A stretch of DNA of 64,000 nt, from NCBI GenBank assembly GCA_053919585.1, contig CM132796.1. One strand, 5' to 3'. The notes under the pieces were generated by a model. That model saw nothing but the letters and a program-made list of their open reading frames with translations, had not been told where the DNA came from and searched no databases. A program made the translations under genes and the position numbers. Positions 26,791 to 39,887 of the stretch are shown here, piece after piece (positions within the stretch are counted from its first letter, which is position 1; each line of letters begins with the position of its first letter). The DNA comes from Euprymna scolopes. Taxonomy: Eukaryota.

Positions 26791-28914
26791 AACACATCAA
26801 AATGGCATTCATTAACGGGATCGAAACATTACGCATTTTCGATAAGCGCATACATTTTACAAATATAGCACTAGAATGCCCTTACGGTTCAAACAATAAG
26901 ATAATTCGAATCTAAACTCTTTACAACATAAATTCCATTATCAGGTATGAAATTTATGCCTTGATCGAATTTGATACTCTAATATCAGAATAGTTTCTTT
27001 CTGTGCAATTAATTTGTGATGCGTGTATTTTGAAGGAAAGTTTGAGAAAAGTTCTAGAAGCAAAAATATTCATTTTACACTGAATTAACTGAAACATTTC
27101 AATAATTGTGCGTCGGCATAGCTGTAATATAAAAAAATAACAGACAGAAAAATGATAATTCAAAATCTATTACAATATTTCAACCATAGATATTTACGCT
27201 AACAAAACATATTCCTAAAGATGAGAAATAGTACGTGCGTTTAAATAGCATTGGTTTATACCTTGTGAGTAATACCCTTATTCAAACTAGATTCATACGT
27301 TCGCATATTAGTACGGTCGTATAAAAAAATTAAAAGCAATTGAACACTATCGATAAAACATCTTTCTCAATAAAGGAACAGTACAAAACTCGTACTTTTG
27401 TTTAGTGTAGGCGATTGTGCATCAGATGTAAGATAAGAAATTTTCTTCATTCTGTTCCAGAATCAAAATCTTTATGCTTTATATAACAAATCATATATAT
27501 GAGTACTTGAAGTGTCTACGTCACAGTTTGCATTTGAACTGTTGAATAGTGATAAGTGTTTTGCAGAACAAGTTTTTTTTTTTAGTTTGCAATGTTCTAG
27601 GCACATGCAAACACCGGCAAGCCTTTTTCTTTTCCTGCTTCGATATTCGTAGAAAATCCACTATTTCTTTCAACTGACATACGAGAAAACATAAGATCAA
27701 ACGGCTCAAGGAAAAAAAACAAATAAAAAAATAAAGGAAATATACCCGTCATGGAAATAAATACTGGATATTGTCATATTTCCTTTCCTATAGTCGGGTT
27801 TCGAGTGTCGGTGATATTTTTGTAATACGCACATGCTTGCATCTCTGACCGTTTTATCACATCTATCTGATCTCATGGAGGTCTTCGTTATTTCCTGGTG
27901 CTTCTTTAGCAATTCTGGAGTCTCTTCAGAACTGTTCGCTAAGTCATCAGTGTGCGCTTTTTTCGTGTCTCATGACAATCTTTCGACGATTTCGTAATTG
28001 GGTTTCATACTTTCTGATCCGCCCTTTGTTTTACTGTCAGAATGTTCTTCAAATGAGAGTACACTTTATCCTGGTTGCATGTCAAAAATGTGTCGATGCA
28101 TTCCATTCATCAAGCCGGACTGGGGACTAACTATCTCGGTTATCTCCCCAAATCTTGTGGTACAAGTATTCTCTGGTATCTTCATCCACACAGTCGCCAG
28201 GTTTATAGGGATTATGTTCTGGGCTTGCTTCTGATGGCATAATATTCCTTTAATCAGTATAATAGGCTGCTGAATTACACGGCATCTTTTGGTTTCACGT
28301 TGTACTAGTAGAGACCCTCTGGTATGGAAATGTGTACTCTAGCCGCCACCCGTTTCACATTACCGTCGTATTGCTATATTATACCATTTCTGACAGGGGC
28401 ATATGCAGAGCAAAAATTAATGTTCAGACCCAATTCTGCTGCGAAAATTCTGAATCCCTTGCAGCGGAAGTTTGTGCAGTTTTCTAATCGCTGAATGTTT
28501 TTGTTGAAGAAAGAAAAGAAAATTTTCCGATCAAGAAGTTGAAAGCGTGGAAGCACATGTATCATACGTCTACTCTGTTCCATTTTCGTCGTTATCGCTA
28601 ACGAGTTTCTTCAACTGACACTAGGTCGCAAAGTAAACAATACCGACATCGACACGAGGAAAAGAAACGTTTTCGACTGAAGAAATGTTGGCTATTCATA
28701 TTGTCAAAGTTGACGCATCTCAATTTGTATAGGGCACTTTTTTGTCTCATGTTGACCAGGTTTCGAGTTTAGGAGTTTTCTTTTTTTTCCTAAGCAAATG
28801 GCATCTAAACTAGGCATGCATACAAAAATTCTCCCTATCTCCCCCTAATTACTTGATCACAAAGATGGCAGGGAGGTAGCATCTGTATTTGTAGGGCACT
28901 CCTTAGCAGAAGTT

Positions 28915-29217
28915 GGTCTACACGGCTAGACACAGCTAGTCCACGCTACAGAGCTAGACATAATTAACTCATGTTACACAACTATACACAGCTAACCAAC
29001 GCTACGCAGCTAGACTTAATAAGTCCATGCTACACGGCCAGACACATATAACCAAGCTACACGGCTAGGCTTAACAAGCCTACCTTAAAGGTTAGACACA
29101 GCTAGCCAACGCTACACCACCAGACACAGCTAGCATAGGCTACTCGTGTTGACATGCCTAGCCTACGCTACACGACTAAACACAAAGCTACACGGCAAGA
29201 AACAGCTAACACGCACA
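28915..29217. repeat. Degenerate minisatellite of about 28 bp (gctacacggctagacacagctagccaac), about 10 units
   Basis: Tandem units are directly visible and are built from 9-10 bp gcta(c/g)ac subrepeats. Confidence 0.85.
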
Positions 29218-29849
29218 TAAAAGTTACGATTTTTTTATATAATACAACAAAATCTCATTTCCAGTTCTTCACTTAAAAGTGAGTTTTTTTTAAGAAAGAA
29301 AATAAACAGAAACAACTGAATCGCGTTTTAAATTCCTTATTTTTATGCTAAAGTATTTTCTACAAACTCCAACAAAATCCAAGTTCAATTATCCATCTAT
29401 AGGGTTTATTTCTTAGAAAATCAAAGTAAATCGAGTTTCAAATCGAACCGTGTAAGAGTGAAATCTTCTTTCTCTTCAGCATATGGAAAGAAATTTCAAT
29501 TTAAATATTTCATTTTTACATACAAGTCCACCGAAGCGAATTTAATATTCTCTTCATAAAACTATATTGCCTCCCTATTTACGTTCATTCAAATCGACAA
29601 TACTTTTTTTTTTTCTTTTCAGCAATTCAACGCGGATTTCCTGATACAATCTGCATTTCAAAGCACCGACTTATTAAAATTTAAGTCTACTGAATCTCAG
29701 GTTCAATTCTTTATAAATCCAAGATTTTAATTTAAAAATCCGACTAGAATTGCACATTCCTGTTTTCCCAAATTTGAGCCTCATTTCGCAAAAATCCGAT
29801 TAGAATCGTACAGTTGATTCTGAAGGAATTCTTGTTGAAGAGATAACGG

Positions 29850-30337
29850 CAGATAATCCTTCAGGGAATTTGTTGTTAGCCAGGACAGCTCTCGTGCGAG
29901 TCAGCATTTGTTTTGTACTCATCGTTTCCATTCTAATGAAACGCGTAATATGTCTGATATGTAACGTTAGTCCAGAAACGAATCCCCACGTTAACCATCG
30001 TTAGAGAAACATGACAATCAACCGCAGCTCAGTAAAAACCTCGTCACCTGCTCATCAGGGCAAAGGTGCCGAGTGAAAAGTAGCAATACGCATCAAATGT
30101 ATCGGTAGCATACGCGGTTATATGGACCTGCTTGATTTGGTATGCATCTGCCTTCTGGCCTCTACTAAGTTTATTGTATATAACCAGACCTCCACTTCGG
30201 AATATTAGAAGCAGTACACACTCGACACTCCTCATAGTGCAAATCTCGCACACGACATCCATATTTTCGATCCACACGAACACAAGCATATCAGCTGCGG
30301 CACCACTAAATTCCTGAATCAACAAGAAATCAAACAT
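29850..30337 (-). pseudogene. Gypsy gag N-terminal relic
   Basis: ORF 30044-30337 MFDFLLIQEFSGAAADML..WIENMDVVCEICTM..VECVLLL..RSGGLVIY...QIKQ..ITAYATDTFDAY resembles invertebrate Gypsy gag N-termini. Confidence 0.7.
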
Positions 30338-33300
30338 TTTTATTTCATCGTTGAACGGTAATAAACTACCGAAAAAGCTGTAATCGTTGGGTCTATTTAA
30401 ATAAAAAGAAGAAGGAGTTCCAGATCGGCAAGTTCACCGGGTCGAAGCACATGTAACAAAAATCTGTTCTCTTCCATTTTCGACGTTAGTGAATCAATCT
30501 TTCTTCAACTGACAGCAGATAGCCAAATACACCGTACTGAGGTTGAGCCGACAAAAATAATCGTTCCCAACTGAGAAAATGCTGGCATTTTTTTTTTCAA
30601 CGCGACCGTGTCTCAAGTTGTATTTCTTTCACATGCCTGTCAGGTTTCGAGTTTAAGACGTGTTCTCTTTCGTGTCGTTAATGAATTACTCCCGCGTAAT
30701 CATGCATATTACAATTTTCCCTACAGTTATCTGTCAGCAGTTCGCTAGTTGGGGCACGTTTAAATAAGATCACTTCCAACTAACGAATTATAGTTGCGGA
30801 GTCCCGCCATGCTAACTGCCTCCACATTGAAAACCACGAATAGCCACAATCCGTGTTAGGAAATGGTAAGCACATTAATGTGTAATGTACATTCCAGACA
30901 CGTGTCAATCGCTGATTTTCTCCAGTATCCGTTTTCTCTCAGAAAATTGACGCTGGTTATATAAATTATCATTCAGCACAGGTTCATATTGCCAATCCGA
31001 TTACTGTGTTTGTCGTCGTAGAAAAAAAAACTCCTCGAGCAAAACAAACGGGGGTCGCAGTCTTGGTTGTCAACTGTTTCTCCGAACGGACAAGATCTGG
31101 GACAATCATGTTCAGCGGCACGCACTGCATTGCTCAATGGCTCACATTTCGCAATCATTTTTCATTGTATTGAGTTATCATGGTGCTATCTGTGTCAACT
31201 AATAAGCTATTTCAACCAATTTTGCGTCAACTGTAAATCAATATTCCTGATTATAATTGGTATTTAATTCTCTTCTAATGAGCATCTCACTTGCAGCTTA
31301 AGTATTACCTCATGACTTTTTATGAGGGTGTGTGCACAGGCATAGCCATTTTTGATGTACACCACCTTGGTCTACTACCGTAGGGACAAGTAAATTTCGG
31401 TTAGCACAGCAGCCAATTTTACTATTAATATGCTACTCATCGTTCACAGATCGCAACCAACAAGCGTCCTCAACCACAATTCCATCTATTTTCAATTACA
31501 CTTCGAGTGCAAGTTGTTGACTCGACTAAGATGGCCCCCGCCGCTAAGCACTAGCCTCTAAAAGCTACTTCACACCGCTTTACTGTGTCTTGTCTCACAC
31601 ATCAGATGTTGCAATAGGGAGTTTGTCACCTTATTATTTCTTCCCTTTTATAATGGAACAGATCCTTTGTCTTTATAAATCCGCATGTTAGTTGCAGCCA
31701 ACAACATACTGCAACGTTCTCTACGAGTTTTCCACGCAAGAAAACCGCAGTTCGACGTGTTATGATATTGGGAATATTTGGGATTGCTCGCATTGTTTCC
31801 AGTGCATGACATCGAGCTCTATTAAGACGCGCAGTCTTAGTACATCGTGACCAAGCGGTTCGGGATGCTTGCCTTCTAGTCCGCAACGAACTAAGTGTTT
31901 TCTCACTCGATATGCTCACATAACGTCTTCGCTAACAAAGATATTTTGGATGTAAACGGATGTCGCGCAGCCCAAAGTATTCCTTCGCGATTGGAGTGTA
32001 CGTACAATAGCCCTCATCATGGGGGAAGTCACGTTCAAACCTCAAATGTGCCAAACAGTATCAACTTACATAAAGCTCTACTGTCTTATATGGACACGGT
32101 TTGTCGTGGACTTTTACTTGGAGATACGCTCTACGGAGGTTAAGTAGTTACAATTGGTCTCTTTTTTGCGCCACTCGTACACTGTAACGAGAACAGCTGC
32201 ATTTACCTTGACAGAATATCCACGATTGTGGACTTTGCAGAAGTCTCTCACTGATGGCACGTTCGACTTATTTCGTTACATCACGGCTATCAACGGAATT
32301 AATTCCCGGGTTGCATGTGTTTTTTTTACGGATATGGTACATGTCAAGGTTTACCCATCTTTGCCCGGAGTTCTTGAATATGATCTAGTCGAATGACGTA
32401 GGCCCTTAAATGTCTTGCACTCTGTTATTCAATTATTCAGGTGAGTGATTATTTGCCAATTTCCGTGCTGCGATGCATACTTGTTTCTAATTATCAAACC
32501 TAGCAGTAAAGTTTGTATCAATGATGGAGATAACTGCTTACTTCGAGAGGAGCCCGGCGCAGACAAAGACTTCACACGTAGTTGAAACAGTTATACTCCT
32601 CAATAATTTTATTACATCGATCCATAACAACAGTTAAACACTAAATGTTTTACCAGAGAACATACCAACATATTCACTTCATATGATTTAATAGTAACTA
32701 CTCCGCTTGCGTAGTACGTCCGTGGCAAGCCTCGATTAGACAGCACGCATACTTTTGCTGTCTTACAAGATCGGCATCGCTTCGCATCTATTATAGTCCT
32801 GTTTCAAATAATTCAACATAGACGACAATCTCCACGAGCGCTGCATTTTCATTTAGGGGACAAGTAGGCTAGCATTGCGGCCTTGTCCATTTTTTCATCT
32901 TCCGAACAGTACTGGGGTAAATATCACACCTTGACGAATTGGTAGCAATATGTTACACGCCAACTTCTCGCTGTTTTACACTTGCGGCTAACTTTGCAGC
33001 GGTTTACTTCTGTGACAAGGCTACTCCCGGTAAAAAGAGCAGATTTACCATAGGATAGATTCTCGGCTGTAACTAGGCGATAATTTCTGTCGGTCAGCAC
33101 GCTTATGTTTTTTGTTAGGGTTCCCGTGGTAAGGGTCCTAATTTTTGGTGTATGCTTAAATCCGATAGACATTGTGTCAGGTAACGCTGTAAAAAAACAA
33201 ATTTTAGTAAGTTTTTTTAGTCCGACTCCCTCAAAACAAGTCCATTATCAAATCGTCCGACATTGTTCGCGAAAATGTCCACGCGCTCGCCAGCTTATGT

Positions 33301-34899
33301 TACCAAAGTTAACTTCATATAAGCTATGAAGGCAGCATCCGTAAATGCCACTTTTACACGAGACAATATGCAATACGTACAGTTGGTCATCGTGCTTATC
33401 TCCAAAGAGAAGATCAATGCATTACCCTCCATATACAATGACAGTAGGCTTGCTACACCATTTACTTTTGAAGTTTCACTACCAGTGTTACCTTTTCTCT
33501 TGCGGGAAATGGATTCAATATGTCGCTACTAATAGTAATAATGTTTTGATAACGGCTGAAATATTAAAAGTGTTCAAGTTAAAGTTTACTTTTGAACTCG
33601 TGAATACCGTTAAATGTTCGTGCAATTTTGGACTCAAACTTTAAATGTTCCGATCACACGCAAAAACGACAATCCTTTTTCATTGCCTGATTCGACGTTC
33701 TTAAAAATCTGTGTTTCTTTCTTTTCATTTATATGCGAATCATCCGTCCGCGACTTCGACCGGTATTTTATATACTATAAAAATGTTTTTCCTTAAACTA
33801 AAATACTTATGTATGTAAGTATTAATATTATTAGGAAAAATAATATTCGAATATAACAAATTATACAACTATTTATAAATCTATTTTATGTGGAGAACAA
33901 AAATGGCACGAGCCATATAAAAATTGGGATGGGGTTTCATAGTCACCATTGTCAGTGCACCTTTGTTTGCCAAACTAACCCTTGCAAGAATTCCCAGAAA
34001 CACTAATACAACATTCAACCTCGGCCGTCCTATTCAGTATTCCCAAATTATTTTTTGCATAATATAATATGTATATATATCATATCCGCAAATATAGAAA
34101 TATATAACAAAATCAACAAACAATTAAATTTTTGTTGGAAGGAAATTTTCCGAAAATGCAGAAAATGTTATTGGGTTGTTCCAAAACTTACCTTCTCTAC
34201 CGGCTGAATCAAACGTGAAAATAATCAGGTCGCCCTCTAAATAGGGCGGAAATCTAGATTGGAACATTAACAAATACGGTGAGGGAAGTTGGATATACGA
34301 AGCGTCACCCCGATATGACAACAATAAGGAAAGGGCAAAAAGAAAAAAAAAAGGTTTGGGTATGGGCATGTTAAAGATGTCATATCTGGAGAGGAGGTAT
34401 CCCGCTCGACCAGCTAATAATCGAAACGTAACAAAATGCTAAAGATCTGACAACACCTGAAACTCTGCGCGATGTTCTTAGACGTAGAAGATGTAGTTTA
34501 CTTAACTCATCTTTCTGCATACAAGATTGCTATTTTTATCAATTTTCTGGCACAGGTCGCAGAAGTTAATCTTTTCCTGCCCCATCTGATCTTGATCTTC
34601 AATTGGTGATCGCGGCGTCCACACCAGCAGTCTAGCTAGGACCAGGACCGCCCTGCTTCCATCTTGTCCTGTGGTATTACTGCGCTGTGAATGACGTAGG
34701 ATTGGTAATATGGACAAAGCTACCTCTTTGGAATATACACAGGACAGTCGTACTTAACTGTACACGTAACTGTGATAGGCAAGCGAGTCTTCCAGTTAAA
34801 CACTGCGTTATATTGGGTTTATGGGTAACACGTTACATGTCAATCGCTAGGATAAGAAACTCTTAGATATTTTTAGATAACTTGAACCTGGCACTCAGC

Positions 34900-35715
34900 T
34901 CCAACTAGATCGGATCTCGGCCTTTAACTCTCGGCTACTTTTAATATTTACTTATATAGTTTTTCTTAAGCTCGCTGTGAAATATCTTTTGATCTTGGTG
35001 GTTTCCTGAACGCGGACAATCCAGTGCCCTCTGTCACAAGTTAACGAAAAGAGGAGCCTTCGAAGAGGTTCTAAGTGATTCGCAGGTAGATGGACGAGAG
35101 CAAAGACGTAAAAGGTTAACACCCACGATTTACCTTTTAAGGATTGTTTCCTTCGAAACCACGAATCAATCTAATCTTCGATGTTTGGCCGTACCGTTAA
35201 ATACTACTATTCGAGCTGGAGACCCGGTGCGAACCATATGCCTAGGATCCGAACCAACCCATCCATCTATCTGAAGGGAGTCGCAAGCGTATTGACATCT
35301 GCCCATAATTTAGCAGCACACATATCGACTTGCAGTGCTTCATTTAATCCCTGTGGTATTTTTGTACTACGTGAGTTCCTCTATTCTGTTCATCGATGTC
35401 TTGAAAGCATGACACATGTCCTCGATGACTTGGATACTCTAGCACTCGATCTAGAAGGAAGTTCGATTCCACACATAACCTGTCTCCTCACATTTTAGCA
35501 TGTGAATATCGGTGCCAACGCAAAGTCATTCACCAAAAGCGAGTGCTGATATCGCGGGCGAACTGACCGAGATATGCCCAAAAATTTCGAGCGCTTTCTA
35601 GTAACTAGTATGACTAATGTCAGCGCGCTTAGAGTACGAAGATCCATTTACTGAAGGCTGGTTTAAATCGGTCAGTCTTGAAAACGGATGCAAGAAAACG
35701 AGGGTCTACCCTCTT
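34900..35715 (-). mobile_element. L1/Tx1-clade LINE RT fragment
   Basis: RVDPRFLASVFKTDRFKPAFSKWIFVL ... SVRP ... PFR.MDGLVRILGIWFAPGLQLE ... SLKGK matches Tx1 DRVDH.FL...F..WI, SVRQG and V.ILGVWFG motifs. Confidence 0.7.
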
Positions 35716-35898
35716 TCTCTCATCCCCTCTCTCTTTCTCCCTGTATCTGTCTCCTTTTCNNNNNNNNNNNNNNNNNNNNNNNNNNNNNNNNNNNNNNNNN
35801 NNNNNNNNNNNNNNNNNNNNNNNNNNNNNNNNNNNNNNNNNNNNNNNNNNNNNNNNNNNNNNNNNNNNNNNNNNNNNNNNNNNNNNNNNNNNNNNNNN

Positions 35899-36586
35899 AT
35901 TTACCAAAATGATCCAAGATGTTAATACTAAAGTAAAGTGAATTATAAATATTAAAGAATTAATATTTATAAAGCAATCGCAACCAGATGCTAAAGCTTA
36001 ATAAAACCAAATAGGAGATAATCTTTTAATAAGAGCTAATAGTTAACAAAACATGTTAAAAACACTTTGAAAAAGAGTCAAAAACATATTAAATCTGAAA
36101 AGGAAACACTTAATAAGTGGATAGTCCTTAATCCGCGGAGTTTAGAAAACATACTGTCCGTCTCATCAGAGTATATGAATTAGAAACATGTGGGATCGGA
36201 TTTCGCATACAAAAGTAATTGATGAAACTGCAAGTAACTCCAAAATCTTACTTGATAACAAAAGTTAAGCAGAGGGATCATGGTGAAGAACAATGTGAGT
36301 CAACGTGACTGGACAGCCAGGTGAAAGGGAACGCATCGATGTTCCCTCTTCTTCACTTTTTTTATCAAGTAAGGTCTTTGACTTACTTGCAAGGTCATCA
36401 AATAATTGTGTATGCAAAATCCGATCCCGCAGTTTGCTAATTCATATTCTCTGATGAGAAGGAAAGTATTTCTCCGAATCTCCGCGGATTAAGGCATATA
36501 AACTAATTAATGTTTCCTTTTCAGATTAAATATGTTTTTAACTCTTTCTTAAAATGTTTTTTTACATGTTTTATTAATTATTTGCT

Positions 36587-36590
<4 letters not shown>
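35899..36590. mobile_element. Fold-back non-coding element (Penelope-pLTR/retrozyme-like) with inverted arms of about 240 bp
   Basis: 36028-36270 is inverted relative to 36358-36590. It is homologous to 55079-55490. Confidence 0.75.
36444..36499 (+). ncRNA. Hammerhead ribozyme-like motif (degenerate)
   Basis: auauucu CUGAUGA gaaggaaaguauuucucc GAAU cuccgcggau UA aggcauau. Sister copies are at 36124-36175 (-) and 55301-55350 (-). Confidence 0.5.
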
Positions 36591-36647
<57 letters not shown>

Positions 36648-39399
36648 TGGAAGTACTCTACATAAGCTACAGCTCTAACAACATTTCATGTGGTCAGCAT
36701 TAAGAGACATACGCTAATTCTTACTACTTTTGTTATATATGTGTCAAATAAATCCATCCCTTGACGAAGTCCATCATTTTTTTCTAATTCCTGCTAGCAT
36801 GCGTTTTACAAGTATAGAGAATAGCGGGTTAAGCGATTTTCAAGTGTTAAAAAAATAACGCAAGAAATATGAACACATTTTGTCGCTTTTAAATCGCAGT
36901 GTGTTCGACCCTAATCGAACTAACATTTCGTGCACGATTTTTCTGGTTCCATTTTTGTCTATTTAAATATATTTGTAACTGTGACAAACCTGTTTCAAGT
37001 TTCACAGTGCGTTTTATAAAATTCTACTATAGATTCGTGCAGACTACTTAAATATATTGATACCCAATTATTGATAAATAGCTAAACCACGTCGTGTATG
37101 AGGTTCTTTTCTAGGTAAAGCAAAACTAGAAATGCATATATGATACAGATAAATATATGCTAAAATTTGTAAACATCTCTTACACCTATGCAATTAGACA
37201 AAACTGTGTTTTTTGGAGTCGTATTTGATTAAATTAAACTAATGTTTATATAGTTAATGTATGTGTTTCTCGATAAGAAAGGGGTACGCCCCAATGAATT
37301 TTAGCTGAAAAAGACTCCTTATAAAATAATATATAACTACCAGTGCCATTATTTCCAACACATTTTTCTCGCAATAAATTTGCGATTCGGAGGTTTTGTC
37401 CTTCTGTTTAAATTTTTAGTCATGAACAGATTTCAGGTGTGTATTAAGTACACATTGCCATTTTCCGAATAGAGTACAAGGAATACGTTTGTTTTTACAG
37501 TGTAGTTACCTAACCTTATTTACTTTTGTAAACCAGTTCTAACGGATTAGTATACACAACTGTGTCGATTTAGATTAATTTAAGCAAAGGTGGAAGCCGT
37601 ATTATAACGTCCCCTGCGCTTTTGCGCTTTTTGAATAATTTCTTCTAATCGTTATTCACGAGGATACATTTGTTTACCCAATGCGTGATTAACCCATATA
37701 ATGCATCTTTACATAATAACTTATATAACAATACAGATTTCGCTATATTTATAATCAATTAGAATTTTATGGTTTCATTTACGACATATAGTTAGTTCTT
37801 CTACAGAGTACAAACGCAACCTAACTAAAAATTTTATATAAAAATGTGCGTATTGCTATATATTTATAGTGATTAAAATTTTCCAGTTTAAACTTAGGCA
37901 CACGTGCTCATGTTTTTTACAGAGAACAAATATATAGGTGGTATTTCAAATTTGGATAGTTAAACTAATTATATGGACTAAAATAAACTTAGCAGTCTGG
38001 ATTTCGATTTCTCTAGGTAAATATTTTTTATACGCACAGGCTTCTTTCTACGTCACTTTTTACTAAATCTACATGTATAATAAGCCGTGCGAAACTTTTA
38101 CATTTTACAGTTACAATTATTAGTTCAATCCACTGAAATCAATGTGTTTGCATTTAAAGTTATAATATATTTTTACTGTTTGAATAAGCAGACATAGTCA
38201 ATTTCAGGACGGATTACAAAAGTGAGAACAACTTCTACAACATTTGATCCTACCAGGAGTATCAATTTCGATTTATATAACGAAACAAACATTTTTCATA
38301 TTGAATTCCTGCTTTTAATTCGACTGGTTCACATCTAAATTAATAAGTGGTCATGTAAATACCTTTCCTTTAAACACTACGTGAGTTTACAACACTGCAT
38401 ATTCAACTATCAATTATATACAACGATAACCACTAGTTTCTATTAACAGTCATAATTAACTCAATGAACTATCCAGTCAAATATACATACATGACCGGTA
38501 TCTACTCTCAGACTTGTAATAATTGACTACCCCAAATTCGTACTTACCACGTAAAAATCAATGTTTAATGCCTAAAAGAGAAGTAAACGACACAAAACTT
38601 CACTGCCACTCCACACACGTCACAGCCCGTTACTGGCCAATAGTGATAATTACCTGAAATATACGATCAATGATCATCATGACCGGCAGTGTACAAAAGT
38701 GCGCGCCAAAACATTACAATGGATAACTGATTTAATATTGAAGTTCATTACAGAGCAGTCATATAAGGTTTGACAATGCAACTGGTTACTAGTGGCTAAC
38801 ACTGACTTAAGTAACCGTATAAACATGTCAAGTGCTCAACATGAAAGTCAGACAATTCCATTGCAGAACCGTGCAATCTAGGTCGATACTGGTCATGACC
38901 AACGTCTTGAACAGACAATAACAGTTGGCAAAACAGCAATAGCGAGTAAATAGAAGTAAACGTATCAAATAATAAGTAACCGCCAATTACAATCACAGTG
39001 TCAATTACAGAAGTACTGAAAGCGGTTTAAAACTGTGTGTAACTCTTCTAGTCCCTAAATATGAGTTCGCTTAACACTAATAGAAATACTCCTACTGTCA
39101 TTTTGTGAGTAAATACAAGATGTTGTTTTAGTAGTGTTTCAAATATTGTGAACGAATTATGCGTGAACATTTTGGGTCTTGTCGAAAGAAATTGTTTGCT
39201 TCGTGGTTGATAATAAAGACGGAACTCTTTGGTACCGTGTTGTGTCGTGGCTGCAGAATTGTTCGTGACCATATGGTGCGTGTCGACAGGGGTGTTTTGT
39301 ACCATGATGGATTGCATTTTCCGGTCGAGTTGTGTATAGTTTCAGTTTCAGTTTTATTGATCATTTGGATGGCGCTTGTCGCATTCGTAGTGCTCTGTG

Positions 39400-39470
<71 letters not shown>

Positions 39471-39692
39471 TAACAGTATTTGCACCCCTCTCTCCGTGGA
39501 GTTAGATATTATTTTGTACAATATGGTGTCTCATCAAAATCCTACACGAGTCTTTTGTGGCAGTTTTTCCGGACAGTCCAGAGTACACGCAATACAGTAT
39601 GTAAAATGTTAATAATCTGTCGGCAATCCACGCTTCTAGACTTGGCTTTAAATAAGCAGTAAATATTGATTATACGCTCGTAAAGTCTGACG

Positions 39693-39887
39693 ATGACCGA
39701 GCTGATCAACGTACTGACAATGGCACAGCGTTTTGCGGATAAATATTTACTCGATTGTAGGAGTGCACATGAGGTTTGTGTGCGCCATTGTATCATTGGG
39801 ATACACACTAAACAAGAGGACGTGTCAAACAATAAAACGCATTGCGGTGGGACCGCGTGTCATTATCTTAGATGCCGCCGTCGAATA
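39693..39887 (+). CDS. Candidate host first coding exon (unknown product)
   Basis: ATG, 65 open codons, then a strong donor A|GTAAGT in phase 0 within a CpG-richer non-repetitive island. No homology recognised. Confidence 0.25.

Larger units (their letters stand above)
28483..30725 (-). mobile_element. Nested internally deleted Gypsy element with LTRs of about 350 bp and a gag relic
   Basis: LTRs at 30379-30725 (TG...CA) and 28483-about 28839. PPT agggggaga at 28838-28846. TSD gttt (28479-28482) versus gtta (30726-30729). Confidence 0.8.
27560..33790 (-). mobile_element. Old full-length Gypsy LTR retrotransposon (gag-PR-RT-RH-INT), interrupted by a nested LTR element
   Basis: Minus-strand relics in Gypsy order: gag (GVASLLSLYMEGNAL...AFTDAAFIAY...GERVDIFAN, about 33500-33250), RT (LIPLIAV, NLRRAYLQ, YCLAHL, TSVYIQNIFV), RNase H (IVVEDACWLR...HIN) and integrase (TDCGYSWFSMWR...ELLTDN | CTNFR...SAYAPVRNGII). 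Diverged LTR-like direct repeats lie at about 27560-27776 and 33570-33790. Confidence 0.8.

Noticed and set aside
28915-29217. CRISPR-like periodic repeat
   Set aside because: There are no unique spacers and no cas genes. It is a tandem degenerate minisatellite in a eukaryotic LTR element.
30437-30451. Apparent tRNA-Tyr-like PBS (tgtgcttcgacccgg on the minus strand)
   Set aside because: The same word occurs in the other LTR (about 28550) and homology extends about 70 bp further to the TSD, so it lies inside the LTR.
34500-34900. BEL/Pao integrase C-terminus (TGQDGSRAVLV)
   Set aside because: A single weak motif with no other colinear BEL/Pao motifs on the same strand.
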